A DNA stretch of 64,000 nt from Eledone cirrhosa (GCA_964016885.1 OZ024754.1:14508001-14572000); one strand, 5' to 3'. Counted from the stretch's first letter, positions 15,191-29,254 are shown. The notes: generated by a model from the sequence alone, not told the origin. Numbers and translations are program-made.

Positions 15191-16159
15191 TTATATATGT
15201 ATGTATGTGTTTATGTATGTACGTACGTATGTATGTATGTATGTATGTATGTATGTATGTATGTATGTATGTATGTATGTATGTATGTATGTATGTATGT
15301 ACATGTAGCGCTAAGGTAGCGCTTTTGTTCAGTCTATGAACATTAATAAATAATATATATATGTACATATATGTATATGCACACATGAACCTTGGCATTA
15401 CATTTTAGTTCCTATTAGCAACGTATTTAAACAATGTGAGTGTACAATTACATATGCAATAATCGATGCAATGTGTTTATGTTTACAAGAATTAAAGAGA
15501 CAGGAAGATTATGCATAAAAAGTACCATATAAAGAAAATAGTGAATATTTACCAGAAGTCACATCGAGAAGTATTTACATGTTTTGGTGACTATTCACTT
15601 CGTCAGCTGCTGTTGAACAGTTTCCCATTCAGTTACACAACATCTCGCAGTTGTTGACATTATAAATGATTTATATGTATTTTTGAAAAAATTTAATAAT
15701 ATACAAGAAGAGGGAAAAGGGGGCTTTCTGTTTTAAAAGGGGGAGGAAGAAATGGAATGGACAACATCTTCATTCTTAGATGTGCGGTGTATCTCAACTT
15801 CATCCCACAGACAATATAGTAAGCTCTGTTGCGGAGAACAGCCAGTGACACCCGCTGCACCTGCTAGTCCACTTCATGTGACGTTTTTCTCGGGGAAGAC
15901 TCACGAGAATCTCCCTTTATATATCTCCAAGAAATAATGACTTAGAAAGCTACTGAAATAAAATATATCTCTTGAGAATTTTCTACTTTAGTAATATAAG
16001 GTGTGACACTTAAATAACACGTCAAGTGTATCCACTTACCTGAACAACTACTTATTTACCTGCCTGCCTACTTGTCACCTTCCGATAATGTCTCATTATA
16101 CCGCCCTCTTTGCCTTTATCTCTCTCTATGTCATATATATGTGTACACACACACACACA

Positions 16160-16226
<67 letters not shown>

Positions 16227-16267
16227 ACACACACACACATACACACACACACTCGCACACACACACA

Positions 16268-16364
<97 letters not shown>

Positions 16365-16440
16365 TCACACACACACACACACTCACACACACACACTCAC
16401 ACACTACACACCACATATATATATAAAATTATAAGTTTGA

Positions 16441-16705
16441 AGAACAGTCAGACAAAATATATCCAATTCCTTTCCTACTAAGTCCGTAGAAATCAACTAG
16501 ATAAATAATCATTGAAACGGAGCTAAGTTTAAAATGTAACTTTGAAGAAATAACAGATAAATGTCACAGACTTTCCGCTGCGAGGAACAGTCAGAGAAGA
16601 ATTACCTCGTCTTTCCTCTTAGTCCGTAGAAATTAACTGGACAAATAATCATTTAAACGGAGCTAAGTCTAAAATATAAGTTTGAAGAAAAAAAATACAG
16701 TTAAA
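16441..16705. repeat. Diverged ~140-bp direct duplication
   Basis: AGTCCGTAGAAAT...AATAATCATT.AAACGGAGCTAAG occurs twice. Confidence 0.8.
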
Positions 16706-16782
16706 CAGCATGACCTCAGCCGGATGGCTGGAACAGGTTAAAGAGTTAAAGGGTAAAAGATATATATATATATATATATATA

Positions 16783-16945
16783 TACCCAGAAACATTAGTG
16801 TCTGCAGTTCTGTTCGCATGCCAGCATAAGAGCAGGAATTAAGTGTTCATTCTACTGACATGGCTATAAAATTGAGGTTTGTTTGCATAATTGCAAACGA
16901 ATCGAATGTTATTATTAATATTCGAAAACTCAGATTACATTTATT
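16783..16945 (+). mobile_element. Truncated inverted copy of the HHR element at 17674-18085
   Basis: Reverse complement of 17674-17841; begins inside the ribozyme (TACCCAGAAAC). Confidence 0.85.
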
Positions 16946-16962
16946 ATATATCTATATCTATA

Positions 16963-16999
<37 letters not shown>

Positions 17000-17281
17000 T
17001 GGCAACATGAATAGATCTGTTATTTTTATCTAAAGACATTGTTTTCCAATTCCACCCCGCCCGTCCCTTCAATCTATCTAATTTCTCATTCTTCTGATGA
17101 AAGACTAGGGTCCGAAACGAGAAGACTCTCTTCCTGCTATTTCAATCGTTAACCTAATATATTCCTTCCATATAGTGTACCGATTGTGTTGTTATTTCTG
17201 TTTACCTTTTACATATGTATATATATATATATATAACTACTTATATATATATATAGTAGTTATATATATATATATAAGTAG

Positions 17282-17312
<31 letters not shown>

Positions 17313-17398
17313 AGGTAAACAGAAATAACAACACAATCGGTACAGTATATGGAAGGAATATATTAGGTTAACGCTTGAAATAAATAGCAGGAAGAGGG
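17000..17398. mobile_element. Short PLE-like element with HHR core plus inverted copy of its 3' end across (TA)n
   Basis: CTGATGA-AA-GAC tagg GTC-C-GAAAC at 17094-17118; 17128-17216 is inverted at 17304-17397. Confidence 0.65.
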
Positions 17399-17615
17399 TT
17401 ATATATATATATATATATTATATAACAGACCCTCCATCTCAACTCTACTTTTGAAAAGCAGAACAACTGCGAAACCGGTAAAGGAACCAAATAAATATAT
17501 ATATTTAAAAAAAAAATAAGACTCCAGTTGCATTTTCGATTTCATCTCTTTTTCTTTATACTTTCACTCGTGTAGGACACCTCGGTTATTTTTCAATTTG
17601 TAAAAAAAACCTCAC

Positions 17616-17677
<62 letters not shown>

Positions 17678-17816
17678 AATGTAATCTGAGTTTTTCGAAT
17701 ATTAATAATAACATTCGATTCGTTTGCAATTATGTATGCAAACAAACCTCAATTTTATACCCATGTCAGTAGAATGAACACTTAATTCCTGCTCTTATGC
17801 TGGCATGCGAACAGAA

Positions 17817-17860
17817 CTGCAGACACTAATGTTTCTGGGTAACACCCTTCATCAGTACAG
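17817..17860 (-). ncRNA. Type I hammerhead ribozyme
   Basis: Minus strand reads CTGTA-CTGATGA-A GGGT gtt ACCC A-GAAA-CA ttag TG-TC-TGCAG: all three stems pair, canonical GUC triplet. Confidence 0.85.
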
Positions 17861-18186
17861 CTCACTATTCACCTGCCAAACTGTCAGAGCTAGTGAAAAT
17901 ATATGCTATTTTCAAACATACACAGTAACTGATCGGCCTGATTTGCATATTAGCAGACTGGCTGATCAGTCAGATCTGCATATTAGCAGATCCACTGATC
18001 AGCCAGATTTGCATATCAGGTGATTGGCCAGTCAGTTTCCTGTATGCGAGTGATAAATGGCCGGCTTTGCCAAATTCAAGTAAAAATATCTATATATCTA
18101 TCTATATATATATAACTAGTTTCACACCAAACTCATCCCATGAAGTGAGTGCTCTATTAATGCGGATATAACACACCAGCGTCCCA

Positions 18187-18282
<96 letters not shown>

Positions 18283-18436
18283 TATATATAAACCCCACAC
18301 ACACGTGCTTTCCACCACATATTTACACCCCCAGCTTCCTGATTCCTCTATCCACACACGCACAGACACTCCCCCACACACCCACACACACCTCTTCCTG
18401 AACATGCAACCCCGTTCTTCCCCCAACCCTTACTTT

Positions 18437-18477
<41 letters not shown>

Positions 18478-18785
18478 TCCTACACACACACACCACCTTC
18501 AGCCCTCCCCGCTCGGACACCCCGTCTCCCTCTCCCCACTCCACCCGCCACCACCCCTACACACCCCACACCCTTCCACCACCTGTTTTACCCCCCTTTT
18601 AATTTCAGTTTATTTTGATCATGCTTTTATATTTAAATTTATTTCATTCCTTGCATTTTGATCATGCTTTATTTTTATTTTTATCTTTATTTTTTATTTT
18701 TTCATTCGCACCGTTTCCTTTCGCTATATGTCTCTCCACCACTCCCCTATACACCCTTTGAACTCTGTTCCCACACACTTCTCAC

Positions 18786-18816
18786 CTGAGGAAGGGCTTA
18801 TGCCCGAAACGTCGTC
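18786..18816 (+). ncRNA. Hammerhead core (stem I not paired)
   Basis: CTGAGGA-A GGGC ttat GCCC-GAAAC gtc GTC. Confidence 0.55.
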
Positions 18817-18903
18817 CCCCACCAACACCCCACTCTCCAGAGCGTGAAATTAATAAACATTCGTTGTACTGCCGCTCTGTTTTGTCCCTGTTCAAATTTT
18901 TCC

Positions 18904-18939
<36 letters not shown>

Positions 18940-18949
18940 CAGGCCATTA

Positions 18950-19132
18950 TTGGATTGGCAGTATTGGTAGAGGCTCGGACGCCATGCTTTCCAGTATAGT
19001 TACGTCCCTTTATGATCTGAGTTCAAATCCCGCCGAGGTTGACTTTGCCTTTCATCCTTACGGGGTCGATAAAATAAAGTACCAGTAATGCACTGGGCAA
19101 TTGCTGGCCTTGTGCCTAAAGTAGAAACAATT
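18950..19132 (+). mobile_element. SINE family 1
   Basis: A and B boxes plus core; flanked by duplicated TTTTCCATT(AT)n..ACAGGCCA. Confidence 0.9.
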
Positions 19133-19134
19133 AT

Positions 19135-19177
<43 letters not shown>

Positions 19178-19426
19178 TATATATAATTTTCCATTATATA
19201 TATATACAGGCCAGTCAAAAATCTTTCCCTGAGTCCAGTCTTTTTCGCTGCTATGGCAATGAGGCTGGACTGCCGATCACTATATTTGATTTGCAAAGCT
19301 GTCTAAACGTATTGTTTGTTATAACTCTGGGGTATTATTCTCCATCGAGTGCTAAAGCTACATTCCGAATCTGCATTCGTTAGCTTAGCCGCAGCCTAAA
19401 GCTTCGTTAATGCTGTACTAAAATTT

Positions 19427-19458
<32 letters not shown>

Positions 19459-19999
19459 TAGGTATAGGATTATTGGGGTTTGAAAAGCTTATCATGTTCT
19501 GTTAAAACATTACTAGATGACAATTCAAAATAGTGGAGGAGTTGAGGAAAGCTGAGACATTCGTCTCTGAAAACCACTGTTTCCCTATAATGTGTTAAAG
19601 TTTGTTAACTTCTATTTAACCAAAACTACTTCCCATTGTCCTAGAAACCATTTTATATCGGTTTATGGGTCTTTAATCTTATGTTAATCCATATAAGTAA
19701 TCTCTATATGCTTTTAGTCTCTTTAATTGGTTTCTGCCATTAGACGGCAGCCATTTTTTCATGCTCAGAGTTGCTGAAGCACGGAACAAACTACCTGCAT
19801 CAGTTGTTAGCTGTCGGGACAATGCATCCTTCAAAAGTTCCATGCTTCCTGAAAGCACACGGAATAAATTACCTTTTTTATGATGTCTACCTGTTATTAT
19901 TCATTCTTTATATATATATATATATATATCTGTCGAGTGCTTTTATATCAGTTATAAAATATTTACTCGTTGTAACCCAACAATCTTAAATAAAACTTT

Positions 20000-20073
<74 letters not shown>

Positions 20074-20417
20074 CAAGGTTTAGCAAATAAGAAAAAGAGT
20101 CGGTAAAGGTAACCATAGTAAGTACAGTGAATTTTTGAAAATTATTTTGAAACTTTTTCTTATTTGCTAAACCTTGATTATATATGTTCTGGCTCGTTAA
20201 TTTATTAACCTGCCATTGAACCACATTGGCATATGGTTGGACAATACTTGTGTCCCTATACGCTTTTGCGTGTAGGGATATATACTTTATTATTATATAT
20301 ATATATATATACGGGGTAACAAATTATTGTTATAAGTAGTCCACTTAAGTGTAGTCCAGTTATTGTTCTGATTGAATGCCATTGCTACTATATATAGTAG
20401 CCATGCCTGTATATTCT

Positions 20418-20544
20418 TCTCATTCTCACAAGCTCCGATGAATTGACCGGTTATAACTTTGTATTGGTGATCGAATAACGGGAAAATAAGCGGGTAGCGA
20501 TCTCTAGACCTACCAGCTCAGAGAAACAATTGTCAGCAATGAGA
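20418..20544 (+). ncRNA. Hammerhead-like fold with CCGAUGA core variant and long stem II
   Basis: TCTCATT..GCT-CCGATGA-A TTGA...TCAG A-GAAA-CAATTG-TC-AGC AATGAGA: bipartite stem I, palindromic stem III, GUC triplet. Confidence 0.6.
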
Positions 20545-20903
20545 TTAAAAACCTTTTTTGTATAGCAAACCGTGTCACTCTTCTTTCCTGATTTATATAT
20601 ATATAGAGAGAGAGAGGTGGGGTATATTGAAAAGAAGACCAGGTTAAAGTAGATTAACAAAGGCTGATCTAACTGAAAGTCTCTTTTTATATTCTCTCTC
20701 GCCTGCCGACAATTTTATTTATTGTTTCTACATCGGAATCTGTCTTAAGGAATTCACAATTAAATCTCCTCTTCTGTTTTAGAAAGACAAAACCTATATA
20801 TATATAAGTGTGTATACATTTTTTGGGGGGAGGACACCCCGTACATACACAGACTCATACTCATACACACACACTCATACACACACACACGCATATATAT
20901 ATA

Positions 20904-20981
20904 CAGGGTGTCCTCCCAAAAATGTATACATACTTCGACAGCATTCTAATAAAAGTGTGTTAACATTTTTAGGACACCCTG
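20904..20981. mobile_element. 78-bp Tc1/mariner-type MITE, plus a half copy at 20808-20841
   Basis: TA|CAGGGTGTCC...GGACACCCTG terminal inverted repeats. Confidence 0.7.
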
Positions 20982-20994
20982 TGTATATACACAA

Positions 20995-21102
<108 letters not shown>

Positions 21103-21274
21103 TTGTGTGTTTGTGTGTTTGTATATATATATATATATGTGTGTGTGTGTTTGTTTGTGTGATTGTATATATATATATACAGTATATATATATGTGTGTG
21201 TGTTTGTGTGTTTGTATATATATCTATATATATATGAATGCATGTGCGTATTTCTGTGTGTGTGTGCGTGTGTG

Positions 21275-21320
<46 letters not shown>

Positions 21321-21619
21321 TAGGATGGAGGATAGTACTGCATCGGAGGACTTGGATTACAGGAGCGAAGAATAGAGATGGAAAGATAGAAGGACAGGGG
21401 GAAAGATGTAGAGAGAGGGGCGAAGGGAGAGAGGGAGAGATAGATAGATGGATAGAGAGGGAGAGAGAGGGGGGAAGGGAGAGATGGAGATAGATAGAGA
21501 GGGAGAGAGAGGGGGAAGGGAGAGATGGAGATAGATAGAGAGGGAGAGAGAGGGAGGAAGGGTGAGATGGAGTTGGATAGAGAGACACTGAACTGGGGTG
21601 CTCGTAGGGAGGGAGTGCA

Positions 21620-22103
21620 ATGGTCATTGTGGTGGTGATGGTGATGGTAGTAGGGACTATGATGGTGATGGTGGTGGTAGTAGGGACTATGATGGTGATG
21701 GTGGTGGTAGTAGGGACTATGATGGTGTTGGTGGTGGTGGTAGTGGTGATGGTAGTGGCGACCGCGGTTGTGGCGATAGTGATGATGGTTGTAGTGGTAG
21801 TTGTGGTGGTGATGGTAGTGGCGATGATGGTGGCAGCTATGGTGATGGTGGTGGTGGTAGCGGCGGTGGCAGTGGTGGTGGTGGTGGTGGTAGCGGCGGC
21901 GGTGCTGGTGGCGGTGGTGGTGCTGGTGGTGGTGGTAGCGGTGCTGGTGGCGGTGGTGGTGTTGGTGGTGGTGGTGTTGGTGGTGGTAGCAGCGGTGGTG
22001 GTGATGGTAGTAGCGGTGCTGGTGGCGGTGCTGGTGGTAGTGCTGGTGGTGGTGGTGGTGTTGGTGGCAGTGGCGGTGGTAGTGCTGGTGATGGTGGTGG
22101 TGT
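21620..22103. repeat. (GGT)n-derived low-complexity array
   Basis: Directly visible; includes three copies of a 30-bp unit. Confidence 0.9.
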
Positions 22104-22795
22104 AGAGTTGATCAGAATTTTTATGGCCGATGACTCCAAAGTGCAAAACGGAGAGAAAAGGATGTTGTCTTTGTCAGGGATTTGTTAGAATCTTAACATC
22201 TAATACCCCCCCCCCCCCCCGCCTCCACCTCACCCCCTCCAGCATCCCCACCAGAATGACTACCCCCACCCAGACATTCACACATATATATATATATATA
22301 TCACCCACCCCCCACACAACCAGAGTGCCTACACCACCCAAACACATACAGATATCCCCTACACACATAGCCGAGTGGCTCCCTCCCCTCCCCCCGCCTC
22401 CGTCTGTTTCTCCTCTTATCCCATCTAGCCGTCACTACAACCAACAACAACAACAACAACAACAACTCTACATTCACAAGCTATAAACATAAACATCACC
22501 ATCAACACTACCACAACTAATTCCCATCTACAACACTAGCTTCTAACAACAACAACATCAACCTTTATATGGTCGCTTGATCCACTAGAAATAGCAGTCA
22601 AATCTATAGAAAAAATTAAATCGTATCAAACTATGAAAAAAAATAAAAGGGTGTATTGGAAGATGAGGTCCTAGATATTCTACAACAACAACAGCAACAA
22701 CAACAACAGCAGCAGCAACAGCAGCAGCAGCAGCAGCAACAACAACAACAACAACAACAACAACCACCACCACCATCACCACCACCACCACCACC

Positions 22796-22855
<60 letters not shown>

Positions 22856-22907
22856 GCTACTACTGCTGCTGCTGCTGCTGTTACTACTACTACTAATAAT
22901 AATAATA

Positions 22908-23062
22908 ATTGTTTCTACTTTAGGCACAAGGCCAGCAAATACCCAGTACATTACTGGTACTTTATTTTATCGACCCCTTAAGGATGAAAGGCAAAGTTAA
23001 CCTCGGCGGGATTTGAACTCAGACTGTAAAGGGACGTAACTATGCTACCGATACTGCCAATT
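22908..23062 (-). mobile_element. SINE family 1 (internally deleted)
   Basis: Core and B box present. Confidence 0.88.
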
Positions 23063-23077
23063 CCTACTAATAATAAT

Positions 23078-23777
23078 GATTTCATTTATTGGCCACAAGG
23101 GCCGACATATAGGGGACAACACAATAGACTGGGACAGTGGGGTTTTACGGAAAAATCGAGTAAACAATATGAATAACAATACCAAAGTAACAAGAAAATT
23201 ACAACAAGAAAAAATTCCCCAATAGGGGGGGGGGGGCCACCCAGGGTTCGCTCAGGTACTCCACCAATCCTGAACGAGCCGACGCTTCGAGAGCCCCCTG
23301 GAAGGGCACCCCTCTCCTCCTCAAATTTACCTACCTACAGCCGCATGACCAGAGTAGGCCCACTCACACGGGCCATTCTCGCCACATTCACCCACCTTTC
23401 AGCAAATGTACTGGGGGGTAGCACTTCTCTCTCCACCCTCACCTTCCTTTCCAAGTGAAACTTGAAAAAGTTGATGAGGGATTGGCCGAAGAGAAAAATG
23501 TCTGTCTTCAGTCCTTTCAACGTCGTCCACCATACAACCTCTTTCGCTACTGCCACCAGACAGAGGAAAATTGCCTGCCCTTCCTGGCCAAAAGAAGGCG
23601 GCGGGTCGATCTTCACTGTGGACTCGGCCGATAGCCGGATCCGTTCTACACGCGACAACAGCTGTTCAACATAACTCCACAAGTCAGTAATGCACGGACA
23701 CTGGACGAGTGCGTGCAGACGGGTTTCGTTGCTCTGCGCGCATCTCGGACAGGTCCGTCTGACAGCACTTCCGTGCC
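23078..23777 (-). mobile_element. L1/Tx1-like LINE 3' fragment
   Basis: Minus frame TCPRCAQSNETRLHALVQCPCITDLWSYVE (ORF2 C-terminal CCHC knuckle) continues as ORF 23335-23682; ends AATAAATGAAATC(ATT)n. Confidence 0.85.
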
Positions 23778-23779
23778 TG

Positions 23780-23817
<38 letters not shown>

Positions 23818-23832
23818 TTACTACTAATAATA

Positions 23833-23980
23833 ATTGTTTCTACTTTAGGCACAAGACCAGCAATTACCCAGTGCATTACTGGTACTTTATTTTATCGACC
23901 CCGTAAGGATGCAAGGCAAAGTTAACCTCGGCGAAATTTGAACTCAGAACGTAAAGGAACGTAACTATATTTCGCAAAGC
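23833..23980 (-). mobile_element. SINE family 1
   Basis: Core and B box present. Confidence 0.88.
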
Positions 23981-24069
23981 TCTACTGATACTTGGGGTAG
24001 TATGGTGTCCAGGCTTTATATATATATTTAAGGTTTCTTAGGAACTTTCAATGTTTATTTTAGGTTTTG

Positions 24070-24127
24070 CCGTCTGAAGAGCTCAGGCTGTCATAACTGA
24101 TAGACCTCGGTGAAATATGTATAATGG
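24070..24127 (+). ncRNA. Type I hammerhead ribozyme
   Basis: CCGT-CTGAAGA-GCTc AGG CTGTCA taac TGATAG a CCT cGGT-GAAA-TATGTA-TA-ATGG: stem I CCGT/ATGG, near-palindromic stem III, AUA triplet. Confidence 0.7.
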
Positions 24128-24196
24128 AGTTTTAAATAAACCTGAACCAAGTGAATTTAGTCGCCGACCTTTTATTCAAACACACACACACACACG

Positions 24197-24239
<43 letters not shown>

Positions 24240-24291
24240 ACACCCACACACCCACACACACCCACACACCCACACACGCACACACACACGC

Positions 24292-24329
<38 letters not shown>

Positions 24330-24330
24330 G

Positions 24331-24362
<32 letters not shown>

Positions 24363-24777
24363 CACACACACACACACATTAAAGCTTTCAATCTGTGGCC
24401 GTTTCATTTTTATTCATATATTTATTATTATTATTTTTTATAATGGAAAATATATGTCTGTGTGTGTGTGTGTGTGTGTGTGTGGTGGTGTGGCGTGTGT
24501 ATGTGTGTGTGTGAGAGTGTGTGGTGTGTGGCGTGTGTATGTGTGTGTGTGTGTGGTGTGTGGCGTGTGTATGTGTATGTGTGTGTGTGTGTGGTGTGTG
24601 GCGTGTGTATGTGTGTGTGTGAGAGTGTGTGGTGTGTGGCGTGTGTATGTCTATCTGTGTGTGTGGTGTGTGTATGTATGTATCTGTGTGTGTGGTGTGT
24701 ATATGTATGTATCTGTGTGTGTGTGTGTTGGACCTCTGTTGGTCCTGACGATGAGTGTTCTAGTTGTTGAAATAATG

Positions 24778-25005
24778 GTTTCTTAAATAGGCACAAGGCC
24801 AGCAATTTTTTTTTTGGGGGGGGGGGGGGGGGGAAAGTCGATTAAATCGACCCCAGTGCGTGACTGGTACTTTATTTTATCGACCCCGTAAGGATGAAAG
24901 GCAAAGTTAACCTCGGCGGGATTTGAACTCAGATCATAAAGGCCCGTAACTCTATCTGTAAAGCATGGTGTCCGACTCTCTACCGATAATGCCAATCCAC
25001 CGCCC
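24778..25005 (-). mobile_element. SINE family 1 long variant, full length
   Basis: TSD TCTAGTTGTTGAAATAATG at 24759 and 25006. Confidence 0.92.
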
Positions 25006-25299
25006 TCTAGTTGTTGAAATAATGAAATAATGGAGTAGCCTGCTCATGAAATTGACCTGCAAGTGGCTGAGCATTCTACAGGCAAGTGTACCTTTAACGC
25101 AGTTCTCAGGGAGTTGACTGAAGTAAGGTGAAATAAAGTGTTTTGCTGAAGGACACAACTGACCACCGGGATAGAAACGACGGTAAAGTGGACACCCTAA
25201 CTCCTAAATCATACAACCTATGTCAATGTATTTGACTGGATTTCGACATTTGACAGTATTTAAACTATATATTTCAGGCGTGAATACACATACACAGAG

Positions 25300-26160
25300 G
25301 CAACACACATACACATACATACACACACATACACATACACACACATACATACACATACATACACATACACACCACACACCACATAGGCACACACACACTC
25401 AACAATCACACATACACATACATACACACCACACCACACACCAAATAGGCACACATACACTCAACAAACACACATACACACCACACACCACATAGGCACA
25501 CACACACTCAACAATCACACATACACATACATACACACCACACCACACACCAAATAGGCACACACACACTCAACAATCACACATACACATACATACACAC
25601 CACACCACACACCAAATAGGCACACACACACTCAACAAACACACATACACATACATACACACCATATAGGCACACACACACTCAACAATCACACATACAC
25701 ATACATACACACCATACCACACACCACATAGGCACACACACACTCAACAAACACACATACACATACATACACACCACAACACACATAGGCACACATACAC
25801 TCAACAAACACACACATATATACACACTACACACTCAACAAACACACATGCACATACATACACACCACACATAGGCACACATACACTCAACAAACACACA
25901 CATATATACACACTACACACTCAACAAACACTTACATACATACACACCACACATAGGCACACATAGACTCAACAAACACATACACATATATACACACCAC
26001 ACACTCAACAAACACACATACATACATACACACCACACATCACATAGGCACACACAGTCAACAAACACACATACAATACACATCACACCACAAACACCAC
26101 ACATCACACCACAAACACATACACACACACACCACACATCACATCACATACACACACGAT
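25300..26160. repeat. CA-rich minisatellite (~60-70 bp unit with ATAGGCA and CTCAACAA markers)
   Basis: Periodic marker motifs. Confidence 0.85.
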
Positions 26161-26239
26161 CAAACACTTTTATATACAAACATATAGAAATACAGACTCC
26201 TGTGTAATAAGTGTATATAAGGAAGACGTTATTAATAAC

Positions 26240-26412
26240 GCAGTATCGGTAGAGGATCGGACGCCATGCTTTCCAGCATAGTTACGTCCCTTTACGATCT
26301 GAGTTCAAATCCCGCCGAGGTTGACTTTGCCTTTCATCCTTACGGGGTCGATAAAATAAAGTACCAGTAATGCACTGGGTAATTACTGGCCTTGTGCCTA
26401 AAGTAGAAACAG
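26240..26412 (+). mobile_element. SINE family 1 (a further partial copy lies at 26688-26802)
   Basis: TSD GTTATTAATAAC. Confidence 0.9.
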
Positions 26413-26832
26413 TTATTAATAACATGATATGGGAATCAACTAGAAGGTAGAACTGTACTTAAACTGGTAACCATATTACTTTGTCTAGTGAGATGGGGTG
26501 TCAGAAAGGATTAGATGACACAGAAATATTCAATTGTTTCAACACACTAAATGACATTTTTAATGGATGTAAGCAATCAAACAGATTGGCAGCAGTTATT
26601 TCTAAAACCCGGCAAAGAAGAGGAGAAAACTGTTCATGAGTTGGGGATTAAATATATACATTTCTCACTCACTCTGAGTTTATTATATGAGTTCAAATCC
26701 CGCCGAGGTTAACTTTGCCTTTCATCCTTACGGGGTCGATAAAATAAAGTACCAGTAATATACTGGAATAATTGCTGGCCTTGTGCCAAAAGTAGAAACA
26801 ATTATATATATATATATATATACATATATACT

Positions 26833-26884
<52 letters not shown>

Positions 26885-26893
26885 AATATATAC

Positions 26894-27022
<129 letters not shown>

Positions 27023-27396
27023 GTAAATATATATGTCGGCGTGTGTTTATCTGAATATATAAAAAAGCTAACTCATGTGTCCCTTTGTTGTTTTGCGCCA
27101 CCCCCTCTCTGTCACGCTGGGAGGGAAAACAGTGGCTCTGTTGAAAGGGGTGAAAGAGACAGAAATAAATTATTAAAAAGATTAGACGTATTAATATATA
27201 GGCGTTGGGTTAATAGAAGAGAGAAACACAGTCAACTGACAACCAGCAGTGAAGGGCGAGATGAAAGTGTAATACATCCATGTTGGAAGAGTGAGGGAAG
27301 AAATAATAGTATATGTAAAAGATGTGGACAGATGAAAGTACCTTACAATATAGAACTGTCACTTTCTCCCCGCTTACTCTCTCTCACTCACTATCC

Positions 27397-27474
<78 letters not shown>

Positions 27475-27524
27475 ATGTATGTATACGTACATACATATAT
27501 GTATACAGACGTACAGTAGCATGC

Positions 27525-27557
<33 letters not shown>

Positions 27558-27690
27558 TACATACAGGTACACATACATATATGCACGACGTCTGTATACA
27601 TATATGTATGTACGTATACATACATACTTACATTTAAGTAAGTGCCGTACTAAGAGTGAGAAATGAAATTTCGTTTTCATTTTATTTCAA

Positions 27691-27863
<173 letters not shown>

Positions 27864-27959
27864 AAAAATAAAACCAAACACTGCTAAGTATATAATATTT
27901 TAATTTACGTGCGTTCCATCCTTAATATTAAAAGCTCAATATAAGGATTCCTCAGAAGA

Positions 27960-28143
27960 GCGGTGGATTGGCAGTATCGGTAGAGAGTCGGACACCATGC
28001 TTTCCAGCATAGTTACGTCCCTTTACGGTCTGAGTTCAAATCACGCCGAGGTTTACTTTGCCTTTCATCCTTACGGGGTCGATAAAATAAAGTACCAGTA
28101 ATACACTAGTAAATTGGTGGCCTTGTGCCTAAAGTAGAAACAA
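27960..28143 (+). mobile_element. SINE family 1, full length
   Basis: TSD AGGATTCCTCAGAA. Confidence 0.92.
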
Positions 28144-28294
28144 TATTAGGATTCCTCAGAATTAAATAAGATATAACTACCTTAAACACGACATTCCGTC
28201 CAAATCAATATCATACCAAGGCAAATTTTCTTTACAATTTAAAAAAAAAGCAGCTTACTAGGAAATAGTATATTTTCGTATCCGAAAACGTATT

Positions 28295-28326
<32 letters not shown>

Positions 28327-28566
28327 ACATACATGTAAGTACAAATTATTGAACAGCAACGGAAAAAAATACATCGTAATTATAATCTGTTGCTATAACG
28401 TTTAAAAGAAGATTTCGGAGGTTAGCTTTCCATCAAAAATGAAAATATAGAAGGAAAGGTTTTTTTCTCATAGAATAAAAGATACTAACGAGAAAAAAAC
28501 TTAAAATGGGAGATAGATAGATAGATAGGAGGAGAGAGAAGAAACATGTGTTGTCAAATATGAAGC

Positions 28567-28634
<68 letters not shown>

Positions 28635-28784
28635 CATATACAAATATACATAAAATAATATTTCGTGGAATTAAATTTCAGCTAAATCTCAATAGATAAG
28701 CAAAATATAATTATATTTATATATAGAGAGATGGGTGCACATACACACACGCACACACTCACGCACGCACACACATGCGCGCGC

Positions 28785-28831
<47 letters not shown>

Positions 28832-29254
28832 TATATGTATAACAAATTGAACAGACGATTTGCATAATTCTTCATCATATAGATATTTGGAACTCTATAT
28901 AGAAGCTGCATAATTCTGAATTATGTAGATATTTGGGTGTGGATGAGAGTAAAGATGTGAGGCTAAGGATTAGAGGTGAGAGGGGAAATATTCTGGAAGT
29001 CGGAAAATTCTGAAAGATCATTTAAATACCATAAACTATCTTCTCCAACATTAATACTTTTAAAGTAGTATTGGATTGGAACTCAGCAGACAAACCTAGA
29101 TATCATACATCGCAGCATTAAGAATTTTCTAAACATATATATCATATACTACAGAATAAATCTGACATCTAACTATTGTACATTCCAAGAAGAAAAAGAG
29201 TTAAAAGACTATTGAATGCCAGGGAGCATTTTAAGCAGCTATCAATGTTACTTA

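Noticed and set aside
19537-19586. Hammerhead-like TTGAGGA...GAGAC attc GTCTC-GAAAAC (similar traces near 7522, 17470 and 59644)
   Set aside because: Core substitutions and unpaired stems; too degenerate to call, though possibly decayed members of the same class.
27960-28143. tRNA genes at SINE heads
   Set aside because: A and B boxes are present, but there is no cloverleaf and they are followed by SINE core, tail and TSDs.
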